Positions 1-12,100 of a stretch of DNA of 64,000 nt are shown piece by piece. Position numbers and translations under genes: made by a program. The DNA is from Lama guanicoe (lineage: Eukaryota). The stretch's first letter is position 1; every line of letters starts with the position of its first letter. The DNA lies in NCBI GenBank assembly GCA_013239625.1, contig MU053652.1:2916001-2980000 (forward strand). Reading direction: 5' to 3'. The notes under the pieces are model-generated. The model had not been told where the DNA came from. It worked only from the letters and a program-made list of their open reading frames with translations, and did not search any database.

Positions 1-1010
1 AGAGAGGATGCTGGTGAGAGGTGATGGTGATTCGGATAGAGAAGAGAGACTAGCTGATGTTTAAGGTAGACATTTTGGAATTTGTAGGTTGGTTGAGTAT
101 GGAAGATGAAGAAGAAAGAGAAATAAAAGTTAACATGTAAATTTCTGACTTGACAGCTGGGTTGTTGCTGGTACTTTCCTGGGGGACTTGGTGGGAGGAT
201 CAGATTTGGGGTTTAGGAGGATCAGGTTTGGTTATCCTGAGTAACAGCGGTGTCCTCAGTAACGAGTAAAGGGAGAACAGGGATTGGAGGTTGTGGTCAG
301 AGAAGGATGTCTGAATTGCTGTTTCAGAAGTGAGGCAGCTCAAATGACCATCAAAAAACAAGGTCGTAAGAGTGGGCAGGCCAAGTGGAGGGGAGAGCTG
401 GCTATGGGAGATGAGGAGGTTGAGGAACTAACACGCGTGCTGGGTGGGTTTTCACGTGGAGGTTGAAGTCACAGGTTGCTGGCAAGACTTGGAGCGGAAA
501 GGGTCAGCATGTAGGTCAGTCACTACCTGTTGAGAAGGTGTGGAGGCTGGGCGCTGAGATGTGCACTGAAAATGTGATTTCCTGGACTGCGTGCACAGTG
601 TCAGAGAGAGAAGAGGAGCCAGAACCCGGGGGTTGGGGGAGAAGGAACGGGACCTGGGACTTACCCCTGAGAGGAGCTAAGGGGTGGGAGGGGACCACGG
701 AGGAAGTTTTCAGAGAAGGAATCAGGGAATTTCGGAGTTGTAGAAGGCCAGCGGAGGTCGGTACAGGGGGAGAGGAAGTGTTGAACGGTGCTGAGGAGGG
801 GGAGCTGTAAGAGGCCTTAGGATTGCTGAGCCCAGGGTCATGCGTGCCTTTAAGGGAGAGGTTCTTTGAGGTGATAGAGGTGGGAGGGGCCCGTCAGAGG
901 TGAAGGAGTGAGCAGAAGTCAGTAGGTACAAGCAGCAAGTATAACCTACACTTGAAACAAATTTTAGGTTGAAAGAAAAGACAGAGAGGCTCATGGTAGC
1001 TTGAGGTTGT
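1..1010 (-). mobile_element. L2 relic
   Basis: Purine-rich degenerate L2 antisense sequence (TTAAGGTAGA...AAATTTCTGACTTGACAGCTGGGTTG...). Confidence 0.55.
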
Positions 1011-1065
1011 AGCATCTAATATTGAGTCCGACTGGTTTATATTTTTTGACAGTCTTCCAGAATTC

Positions 1066-1215
1066 TCTGCTGTGTGTCCTTGGTCAAATTATTTGCCCTT
1101 TCTGTGCTTCATTTGTAAAATGAGAAACTGCCTCAGAGGGTTGTTGTGAGGATTAAATGAGTTGTTAAGCAGCACCTTACCTTGCACATGGTGAGTCCTA
1201 TATGAATGATACTAG
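1066..1215 (+). mobile_element. MIR SINE
   Basis: Core TGTGTCCTTGGTCAAATTATTT...CATTTGTAAAATGAG...GGGTTGTTGTGAGGATTAAATGAG. Confidence 0.8.
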
Positions 1216-1845
1216 TGAAAACAAAGTAGGAAACATGTATATCAACCGTCACTTTTCAGGCCCTTTTCCCTGAGTATTCACAATAATTCTGTCATGTAAG
1301 TGGGAGCGACCTCATTCACTCCCACTTCCACTACAGAGGCCTGGGGAGTTGGAAGTAACGCATTTTAGATCGCACTGCTGATGAGCGGTAGGACTGGGAG
1401 ATGGGGCTCCCTCGGCCTGACTTGGGATTAATGGTCCTCTCACTGGACCATGGTGTGTCCTTGGGCTGTTGTGGAAGGACGTTGGCCTTGGAGCCTTCCG
1501 TGGCAAGAAGCCGAGGCGCACTTGAACGTGGGGTGTGCGTGACCCCCTCCCGGTTCGTCCTGCTCATCTGTCTCACCTGTCTGGCCCTTACAGGTGCTGA
1601 GCTTGCAGCCCTTGTTCTAAAGGCTTGTTCTTTACGTGGACTGGAATGCGTTTTCCTGACTCTTCCTGCTGTTCAGATGCCACCTTCTAGATCTGCTTTA
1701 ACTTAGAATTCATCTCAAAAAAAATGGATCCCTCATTGGAATTTCTCGCCTTTCATCTGTTCTCAGAAAGTGAAGGTGCCATGCATCCTAGAGGCTTTTC
1801 CTGTAGCGAAGTTCCATCTGAGTAGCATCTCTTTTGAAAGGATAG

Positions 1846-2269
1846 TATGATGGTTAATTTTATGTGTCAAAACTGGGTAGGTCAGATATTTGGTGAAACA
1901 TGAGTCTAGAAGGTATAAAAATACCTGTCGAAGGTATTTTTTAACTGAGATCAACATTTCAATCAGTTGATGCCGAGGTAAGCAAATTATCCTCCATCAT
2001 GTGTGTGGGTCTCGTCCAATCAGTTGATGGCCTTAAGAGAAAAAGATTGCTGTCCTCCAGGGAGGAAGGAATTCTGCCTTCAGACTGTGCACCACCATCT
2101 CTTCCTTGGGTCACCAGCCTGCCCTACAGATTTCAATTCCTTAAAATCAGTCTCTCAATCTCTCTCCTTCGCGCGCACACACAGACACACACGTGCACAC
2201 ACATGCACACGCGCGCGCGCGCACACACACACCCCTAGTGGCTGTCTTTCTCTGGAGAACTCTAATACA
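1846..2269 (+). mobile_element. ERVL solo LTR, MLT2-like
   Basis: Starts TATGATGGTTAATTTTATGTGTCAA, contains CCAATCAGTTGA...GGAATTCTGCC, and ends CTCTGGAGAACTCTAATACA, all MLT2 hallmarks. Confidence 0.85.
2170..2232. repeat. Mixed (CA)n/(CG)n alternating purine-pyrimidine tract
   Basis: CGCGCGCACACACAGACACACACGTGCACACACATGCACACGCGCGCGCGCGCACACACACAC, read directly. Confidence 0.95.
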
Positions 2270-2544
2270 AACAGGAAGATACGGAAACTTAAATTGTGCA
2301 GTGGCTGTTGCTATTAGCAAAGATCCGCATCAGGCCTCTCTAGGCGTTCTCAGTGTACATGCATTTTGCTTGTTGTATAGATGAGGAAAGTGAATTACAG
2401 AAGGGGTGTGGTGCTGGCCCTGTGATGCCAAAAGGAGACAGGAGAGCCAAAGAAAGAGCTCTGTTTCCTCGGGTGAGTCTCGGCTGCTTTCTTGTTATTC
2501 AGCGCTCGTGTTATTATTAGCAGGATAATTAAGTTACTGGCTTT

Positions 2545-2800
2545 GCCATGCATAATAATTGCTCACATTTGTAGACTGTTTTCTGTATGTCAAAGTCCAT
2601 TCTAATTGCTTTACAGATACTAGTGATTTTAATCCTTACCCAGTGCGATAGGGACTAATATTAACCCCTTTTTATAGATTTTAAACCCTGAGTGCCAGTG
2701 AGTAACATGGTCACTGCTGTACAGCAAGCGAGGGAGCCTGGCCAGGGTCCGGGGCCGCCTTGCTCCAGGGCCGTGCCTCTCACCCTCCCGCTTTACTGCT
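2545..2800 (-). mobile_element. MIR SINE
   Basis: ATAATAATTGCTCACATTTG...TTTAATCCTTAC...TATTAACCCCTTTTTATAGAT. Confidence 0.65.
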
Positions 2801-5639
2801 TCTCAGCTTGAGATGTCCTGTAGACAGCCCTCCATCTACCTTTGGAGCCGTTGTCCAGAACATAGTGGTGCTTTGGTGTAGCATTTAGAAGAGAAAATGC
2901 TGTAAGTTACTCTTCAAGAGGCCTTCTTATTCCTGGATATTTTCTTGCTACCTCTTTGAGAAACAGAAAACATTCCCATTACAGCAACAACGTGGACGTC
3001 TTTCTGGGGTGTATTTTTGGCAACTAGACTTTCTTGTCTAGCCTGGGGACACTGGTGGCCACTGAATTTGCCAGAAATCATACAGAAATGTGATAAAGTG
3101 GTGATGTGGCTGAGTTCCTCGTCCAACAGTCTGGGGTGTGTTCTGGGGAGGACGATAGCAAACTCCTTTGTGTGTGTCCCTCAATTCTCCAAGGAAATAA
3201 CCATCATAACCGCCATTCGTGGGGCCTTTTGTACTTCAAGGACTGTTTGAAACGCTTCACAAACAAAATCTCATGGAATCGTCTCAGTATCATCATCACA
3301 TTTTACATATAAAGAAAACAGTGAGTGGGGAGGGAAAGAACATTTCTAGGGCAGGTGGCAGAGCAGGATGTACGCTTGGTATCTGTCAGTGTTCTCCATC
3401 ACTCCGTACCTCCCTGGTGCCCATGCTCCGCCCCGCTGGACCGTAAGCTCCCTGAGGGCAGGAACTTTTTCTCACTGAGTTCAGCATCTCCCAAGAAAAG
3501 GGCCCGACATGTCATGGGTTCTTCATGCATGTTTGTTGAGTGACTGATGGAGCCACTGATCACTACCAGTAGCCCTGGGGCCGGGGAGAGAGAGCACTGA
3601 CCTATGAGGGTATTAAGGACGCTTGTGGATTTAGCCCTCAGGCACCTGCTCGAGGACGTTTCCTCCTCTAACAGCAGGTCAGCCCGGGCTTCAGTCAGTA
3701 CTCCTCGGCTCTGTCAGTGATGCTCATTCCCCCAGAATCTACGTGATCCTGTGTGCATCCTGTCATTAGCATTCAGGACTCATCTTCGATAGTTTATATG
3801 CCACACTGGTCTAGGACGACATCTAAGTAAGACTGTGCTTTTAACGAATCATCAAACTATGCATTTTTAAAACATTGCTGAAGTTCTCTGCTTCTTCCGT
3901 TACTCCACATGCCTCTTTGTCTCTCTTTCTTTCTGTGTTTCTCTGACTCTTCCTTGTGTGTGCGCACATGCACCCACACACCGCTTAGTCTGTCACCGAT
4001 CTCATAAACAGATCTCCTTTCTTTTTTTAGAGAAATACACGGTGTACATGGAAAACCACTTTGGAAGGTGAAACCATGTGATTTATATTTATATTTTGTC
4101 TCATTTTTCCCCTCAAAGTCCCTTTCCTTTGCCTCTCATAAGTGGAAGCCAGATATTGTATTCAGGACTATTTATATAAACTTATTTCCTCTTGGAAATA
4201 GTAAATTATGATGACATTGACCAAAAGATTACTGTTAATACAAGAAGCCTTGGAATGTATATCCAACTCAAGGCCACGCAAGAGTGCAGATTCACTCAGT
4301 AAAAACTCATTAACAGCCTGCTTTGTGTCAGACTGCCCGTCCTCTCAGCTTTGGAAAGCTTCAAAGCAGGGCAGTTTATGTTTAGAAATGACCGGTCAAA
4401 ATAGCAAGACCGATACAGGCAAGAATGGAGTTCTTTAAAGTTTAAGTAGTCGGGTGGGGTGTAGTGTGCACATCAAAACAGAACACCATCTTATTGGAGC
4501 TCTCAAGTTAAAAAAGCACCTTCCCCAACCTTCTCAGATTCACATTTTTTGCTGGCATTCCTTTTTTTTGAATCTCTAGTCTAAATTGTTCATTCTTTTT
4601 TTTAGTAAGGAGGAAGAAAAAGTTCTCCTTAAGAATTCATTAGAAATTAAAACTAATCTCAGCATTTAGTATTCTTTAGAACATGGCAAAGACAGGTTTG
4701 AAAGGGCAGGGCTCAGTTTGATCAGCCCTGGAAGAGGAGGGCGGGCAGTAGTCCTGGCCAGCACGACTTCGCCATGATGGGAAATGGTGTTGGTTTAATT
4801 GTAGGTCTCTCATTCCCTTCCTTGCCAAGCCCAGTGGCTTCTGTTATAACATGTGGCGACTTCTCCCTTGGAGACTAACTCAGTCCAAGTTGCCATAATA
4901 GTTAGGACCAGCTACAAAGACGTTTCTTCCCCTAAACTCATGCCAAATCTAAAACTGTCTTCTCCTCCCTGGCCATTCAAGTAGATCCAGCTCCTATTTG
5001 AAAAGCATAGGAAGTGCACAGGCCTCTTTCTGCCTCATTGCCTGTTCGAACAGTTAAATAAACAAGGCGCATCATGCCTACTGCCGCTTTGAGCCTGGTC
5101 CCTTCTTCTAAAACTGTGATACTGTGTTCACTTTGAGATTTGCAACTTAGATGCTCTAGAAAGAAGAAAGCGTATTTTAAGTCTGTCTAAGACAAACCAG
5201 TGCTGTCAGTGCTGATGGAGGTAAGAAGAACCAGTCTGAGATCATGGGCCTTCCAGAGGTGGGGCTCTGAGCTGCTCCCGGGGACTCAGCCCCGAGAGGC
5301 CCAAGCCGGGCAGGGCAGGGCCACGTTGGCGGCCTTGACGGCCTTGGATTGTCTACCTGTGAAACATACAATACTAACCAAGTAACGTCAGTCAGTCCGT
5401 TTTGTTTTTAAAAAAGAAAGCCTAGAAAAGTAGGAGAAAGATTCATGATAAATAAATTTATTCTGACTTCTCATCCTGATCACTTTTTTCCTTAGCATTT
5501 GATCCTTGTATTACATACGTGTTTCATTCATCATTGTAAAAGTAATTATATTCCTTACCCAACTTTATTGGTGTACGTTAATTTCTTCATACTTCTAGCA
5601 AGATTCACTTTCCTTCACTGATTAGTGTGTCTTGACATG

Positions 5640-6110
5640 TAACTTTTCAACACAGTTCATTTTTGTGGGTTGTATTTCTGTCTTCTTAGTCTGTTGATTA
5701 GTTTATAGTTACACAAGGTTATATGTAACATATAAGTAAGCTCTGAAGCACAAATTTTGAAGATGCATTCCAATTTAAGAACTGGAACATCACAGTTACT
5801 TCTGGATCTCTCTGTGTACTTCCCGCTGTTCTCTGGCTTCCTCACGATGCTGCAATTTGTGTGTACAATTTTCTTGATTTTTTTAACAAATATATTAATT
5901 TTGTCATGTAAATGTGCATTGCTAACAGTATTCTGAGATACATAAAAGTGGTGTCACACCATGTGTAGTTTTTTGCAGCTTATGTTTTTCCTCCATGTTA
6001 TGTTCTGAAATTCATCCACGTTATTGGAGGTACAGCGGCAGCTCTTCCGTATACATTGTGTAATATTCCAGTGTGTGTGAATATGTCACAGTTTACCCAT
6101 TATGTTGTTT
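5640..6110 (-). mobile_element. Ancient L1ME-like fragment
   Basis: TTTTTGCAGCTTATGTTTTTC...TGTTCTGAAATTCATCCACGTT...TAATATTCCAGTGTGTGAATATGTCACAGTTTACCCATT. Confidence 0.55.
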
Positions 6111-6649
6111 ATGGGGAGAGGGGAGAAAAAGGAGTTTTGTTTCATACACATTGACTTTTTTTTAATTCCCAGTGTGGACTTTGAGATGCCAGATTCCAGT
6201 GGAGATGTTGAGTTGGTCGGTAGATATTCAAGTCTGTAATTCAGGGGAGAGGTCTGAGATGGAGATATCAGTATGCAGGTGGCATCTAAGGCGTTGTTCC
6301 TCAAGCTGTTTCTAGAATGCTTATTTAACCCATCGATTGAGATTTTTATTTAAAAAAAATTTTTTTTATTTCTTAAAGCTTTATCTTTCTTTTTGTTTCT
6401 GTCTTTTTTTTTTTCCTTTCCCGATCTGCCTGGTCACTTTGCCGAAAATATGAGCTTCAAAAAAAAAAAAATAGGGGAAAATGTTTGGCAAACTCTGAAG
6501 GGCTAATAAGATTAGGTATTATTATTATTACCTTCCTCATGGAGTTTTGTGCAGTCCAGATAAAAATCTACATATAAATTTGCTTTGGGAACTGAAAAGA
6601 AATACACAATTACTGGTTTTGATTTTAATACTTTGTTAAGTTTTAGCCA

Positions 6650-6850
6650 ATAGCTAACGTTCACCTAGTGGTTACTTTACATGAATTAATGCACCTTATC
6701 TTCACAACAGCTGTGACAAGTAGCTACCATACTGCTTGCTCATATTTTACGGATGAGAAAACTAAAGCTCAGAAATGGTAAACCCAGGATTTGAATCCAC
6801 AGAGTTGGCTTCTAAAAGCTGTTCTTTTAGCTAATATGTGAGACTGCCTC
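6650..6850 (-). mobile_element. MIR SINE
   Basis: ATCTTCACAACAGCTGTGACAAGTAG...ATTTTACGGATGAGAAAACTAAAGCTCAGAAA...CCAGGATTTGAATCC. Confidence 0.75.
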
Positions 6851-9041
6851 TCTTGTCAAGGAGACAGCCATTTACCTGGTTCCTTCAGCTTCAAAAATTT
6901 TAGGGTCACACTTCAGCGTGGCCACCCCAAACCAGCTACAAAACGGCACTTGAGGCCAGGGGCCCTGGCGGAGGGCCTCGGCTGCACTGGCTTGGCTTCA
7001 CCACTGGATTGGCCTCAGACCTCACAGGGCACTGAACCGCCTACCAAGTGTCCACTCTGTGCCCGTTTAAAATGATGCCCTTGATTTAAGTTCCTTGCCT
7101 GAAGCCACCCAGTGAGTCAGTAGTGGGCCAGGGACTGCAGTGCGGGTCTCCTGCCTTTCAAGCACCACATTTGTTTTGTGTTAATAAACCATATTTCTCC
7201 GGGGGATCTGGCAGAAATTTGAAAGTGCTTAATTTTACTGCAATAAATACTAAGCATCCTTTTTAAAGCATGGAAACCAAGCCCCAGGCAGGGAAAACAG
7301 AATTTGCTCTCAAGGGCTTTGACAAACTCACATTGGCACTAGGATGAGATCACAGACCGCTGGCCTTGATCCCGTCTCCCACTGGGGCTGGCTGGAGGGG
7401 TCAGGACCTCTGCTGTGGCCACAAGGCCATCGCTGGACTCTTGCAGATGAAGCTGGAACACACCCCGTCCTACCCACAGAGTCAGCATGTCACAGCCGAT
7501 TGCCATCAAGGGGGTGTGACAGGGAAGGTTACATTCCTGGGACACTGTGACACAGGTCAGGATCCAGGTGAATTACCCAGAGGGCAGGACCGACACCTCT
7601 CTGCCTTTCTTGCTGTGTGACGGGTGCAGTTAGCTTCCTGTATTTGCGAACGGGCCATATTTTCTAAAGCCACGTCAGTCAGGAAAAAGTTGTGGGCATC
7701 CAGGAGAAGGGAGAAGACAATCTGAATTATGACTTGAATGCAGAGAACTCAGGGAGCGATTTATTACTTTTATCATCACAAGAGTCGAGACGCACTGTGG
7801 AGCCTCAGCCAGTGATACATTTTGATAAATTGATAGAGAAAAACTGAGAGTAAGGTTTCAGCAAGATGAAAGCTGAATTTCCAAGGCTGGTCTGATTGTG
7901 GTTCAGATGGGAGCTGGGTTGGAACGTGGAGACCCACAACGTTAAGGTGCGCAGGGCGTGCATTGTTGAATTCTCTTAATTCCCTCGGCAGCCACGGGTG
8001 ATGGGCGTTGATGTTCGTCTCTGCCCTGACAGAAGGGCTTTTTAGGCCATTGTGGCAGAAACGGACCCGGTTAGAGCTGCGCTCATCTCAGCAGGTTTCA
8101 TGTCCTTTCGGTACCTGTTCCTAGGCAAGAAGCTTCAGAACGACAATGATCTGTTTGGACTTGTCTGTGTTCACACTTTCCCTGCGGTGCACGTGATTTT
8201 GTTGCCACTTCCTGCAGCTCCTGTCAGTTGTGAGCCTGAGCAGTGAGCAGCCTGGCGGCCGGCGAGGTCAGGTGAAGCAGTGTGCACAGCCCCTAAGGCC
8301 TGCGGCTGCATCTCGACCCTCTGGGTCACGGGCTGTGTGAGCCTGGGCAAGTCCTTCTCAGTCCTCTGTTGATTATAGTGCCCGTCGTACCATCACAGGA
8401 TACGTTGTATGAGGAAGAACAGTGTGGATGCTCCCCCCGGAGCCAGGTTCATGAGAACCCTCTCGGTGACACACCTGCCTTCCTAGCCTTCAGGTCTGAC
8501 CTGTGCTCTGCCCCCAGAGACCCTGCTCATTATTGGTAAATGATTTCTTCACTGAGAGGCATCCTTTACCAGAAGCTGCATTTTTATGTGGGTAGTAAAA
8601 TGAGAAGAATTGCTTGAATTAGTTCTCCCTTCACATAAATATATCCAAAGCTAAAATTGGGCTTTGTGTTTCCAAGACATGTTGAACAGACAGAAAGGGA
8701 AGAAATGCTGGACTTCGATCACAGTTCTTAAACTGTCCACTTAGAGAAGCACAGCTCTGTATTTACGAACAGGTAACCAGAAAAGTCAGTAAGCAGAATG
8801 CATTAGTGGCTGTTACATAGATAAAACGTGAAAGCTCTAGGAGTGAATTAGTCCTCATTTCTGTGCCTTCATGGTCATACATAATAATTTTAATTTCACG
8901 TTAAAAGATCTCTTGGGGTTATTATGAGATTTGACGAGATAATATTTACAAAGAATTTTTAATGCTATAAATGAAAAATCTGATGAAACTGTGGAAGTAC
9001 TCCTGTTTGCTGAAACCAGTGTAGTTGCTTTGGAACATTGG

Positions 9042-9136
9042 TCTTCCTTCCTTCCCTCCTTCCCTTCCTTCTCTTCCTACTTCTCTCTTCTTCCCTTTCC
9101 TTCCCGCCCCTTCCCTTCCCTCTTCCCATCCATCCC
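9042..9136. repeat. (TTCC)n-like polypyrimidine tract
   Basis: About 90 nt of almost pure C/T. Confidence 0.9.
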
Positions 9137-12100
9137 ACAGTGTTTGTACAAGGGTAACACAGACTCTGATCCTGCCTTCATGGAATTTACAAGATGAGTG
9201 GAAGAGACAGTCAGCATACGAACGCACAGAGGCAACTGCAGGTTATCATGGGCTATGAAGAAAAAAAGCATGTGCTGTGAAGGGTCTAAATAAAACCTGG
9301 CGTGTGTTGCCTCTCCGTGCACGTATTGGAAACTAAGGAGAAGAATGGCAGAGCTGTTCTGTTGTTAACTTAGTGGAGGGTAGATTTATAAGCATGAAGA
9401 CTTTGGTTTTATAAAGCTACCTACCACAGAATCACTCTTGGAGATGAGTATTTTGAGTTTGTTTTCATATAAATAAAGTGTGGAGAGATAGATCAATAGA
9501 TGATAGATAGGAAGAAAGATAGTTTTTCCTAACAGGCACAAATGACAATCTGTGAAAACTGATTTCTCACGTGTGCATTATAGGATTGGATGATGACTGT
9601 TGGTTGAGTTGTAATAAACTGGAGGAGAATCTTGCATTTATTTATTTTACAGATGAGTTTAGAGCAAGGATATACATATTCTCTGCCATTTTTAGGAGAG
9701 GAATTTGGAAAGGGAGAGCTCATGTCTGCAGTGTTTACGATAGCTGCATGTTCGTAAAGAAAATTCATGGGGCATTCCCACCAGTGACCTTAGACTGCAA
9801 GCAGGGACCAGGTCTGCTTTTCATGGTAAGATTCAGCAGGCAAGACAGCGTGGAAGGAAAGCCACCATTCCCGCCGAGGACGGCCACCCTGGCTGGCGGA
9901 TCTGCCAGCTCAGGCTTAACTTCTAAACATGGATACCTTTGCACGTGTGCTGGGAGCGGCTGGGCTCAGCACACTTCCTGCTTCCTGTCACTTGAAGAGA
10001 GGGCTGTAGAGCTCAGATTCTCCCTGGTCCTCACCCCTAAAGCCAGCAAAGACAGTGCCTTCAGTTCAGGTCACTTGTCTGGGGTTTAAATGCTCAGGAT
10101 CCGCCTTTGAGTCCCCTGAGGACAAACCTTGTCTCCTAACTTCTTTGGCCCTTCTGACGAAAAGCTGCCAGGATTTTAAAACCAACTAATTTTTAAAAGA
10201 TTTCTTAAACAGAGGAGACAATAAGAGCAGAAACGTATTAAACCTGAAAGTTATCTTTAAAATTCCCTTTTCTTATTAGGAATAGAACACAAGATCCTTG
10301 AAAATTTGTTCATGTTTGGGACTGATTCCATGTTTAAGTAATTTAAAAATCAGTACCTCGTATCAACAGTTCGCTTCACTGTCCATGTCACCACCATCAT
10401 CTCCGTAAGGTTCTAGGTCTTTCGTAAACAAATTAAAACACGGTGCTTTCTTTATGACATGAGTTAAATCTAGATCCCAGTGATATTTGGCACCTTCCGA
10501 ATACCCAGATGGGCACAGCGTTTGCCTTGGAGTGAAGACGTGCATGGGGTTTTAATCACATCATGTTTTATTTTTTCTCTTTTAAATATGGCCTTTTCAA
10601 TAGTTGCTTCTTAATGAGTGACTGATTGTTTACTGTGGTTTATAACCAGGAATTTGAACATTAAAAAATCATCCTAATCAAAGTACAGATGGAAAAGATT
10701 TTTCCTCTCTGTCTCTCATCTTTTATATTAGAATAAAAATAATTTGTCTTCCTTTTGGAAACTGAATAAGAAATCCCATCATTCTCTTCTTGAGCACTTC
10801 AGTTTAATAAATCAGTTCAGAGGAAATTTAATTATAGCTCTTAAGCTATGAAAAGTTCTTATAAAATAAAAACAAGGGTAAGGCTAGAATAAGTTTCACC
10901 TCTTGAGGATAACCGTCATTTGGAAGAAATGTAGTTAAAAAGTAATTTTCTCCACTGTTTAGTCACTGGAAATACTTGGATTTTTTAAACAGCAGGAACC
11001 AGACACAGAGTTTGTTATCTAGCCAGGTAAGATCATTTGAGTCCAAAGACCAGATTCCAAAACAGGCCTCGGATAAACACAGAGGACAAGAGATTTTGAG
11101 GACAACCCGAAGGCGGAAGGGTGTATCCTACTGTGGGGGGTCTGCAATGAGAGTTTTAGGTCAGAACTATACATACCCTTTGAAAGAGAGTAAATCTTCA
11201 TAGCAGATTATTCTCTTGCAACAAGATTGGCTTGATGACCACAGGAAAGTTATGCTTCGGAGTGCTCATCTAATTAAGAAAGAGCTTATAAAAGGGGCCA
11301 AGTGGCTCAGAGGTGTTGTTCCTTCAGCAGAACTTCTTTTCCTAATGTGAACACAGATGTCATAGGAGCAGGTGTTTCCACCACCCTCTGCGTGTTGTGC
11401 TGTTATAACCCCCCCTCCAAGACAACCCTTTGGCCCCTGGTTTCCCAGCTTCGATGGTCCCAAAGGACCCCGAGCACGATGGCTTCAGGCCAGGATTGGG
11501 GTTTGGTGAAAGTTGTTAATGCTCCAGAGGCAGAGGACTGAACTCGGGACAAATGCGTGGCAGCAGAAAGCTGTTCTCTGCTCTGTGAAGGCGGTGGGGT
11601 GACGCTTGCAGGTCCTGCCTGCAGATTGCCCTGTATGTCTCTAGTCAGCGTTGCATTTATAATGGAAATAAATGACCCGACACCCATGTGGCTAAATATA
11701 ATTTATAATTTTGGTGTAAGGCTGAAACATGAAAGATCATGCTTTTCAAACTGCTGTGATGATTTACACAGACAGCTCATCTTAGATAATGGTGAGTTAA
11801 GCCTGCCAGCGTCGGAACACTTTTCACCCGTTTGTTCTAACACCTGCAGCTGGGTTCTAAATGCGCATGTTTAATTGCTTGAACTTAAATTATAAAACCC
11901 CTAAAGGATGTTTTTAATCCTGGAAAATAAGACAAATCTCTTGCAAGAACTGTCTGCCTGCCTGCTCTCCTGAGCTCCTTGCATCTCTCAGGACATGCAC
12001 GCCAGCCCCTCTTAGAATAGGTCTGCTTTGAGATAAAGAAGTTCAGCTCATCGGGGACAACGCGGAGGTCTGAACCATGAGCGCAGTCACTGCAGGCATT

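Noticed and set aside
9571..10089. 172-aa ORF, and similar 140-174 aa ORFs at 23610, 38925, 41826, 46093 and 58709
   Set aside because: No recognisable domains, mostly non-ATG starts, overlap with repeats or opposite-strand ORFs, and lengths compatible with chance in 64 kb.
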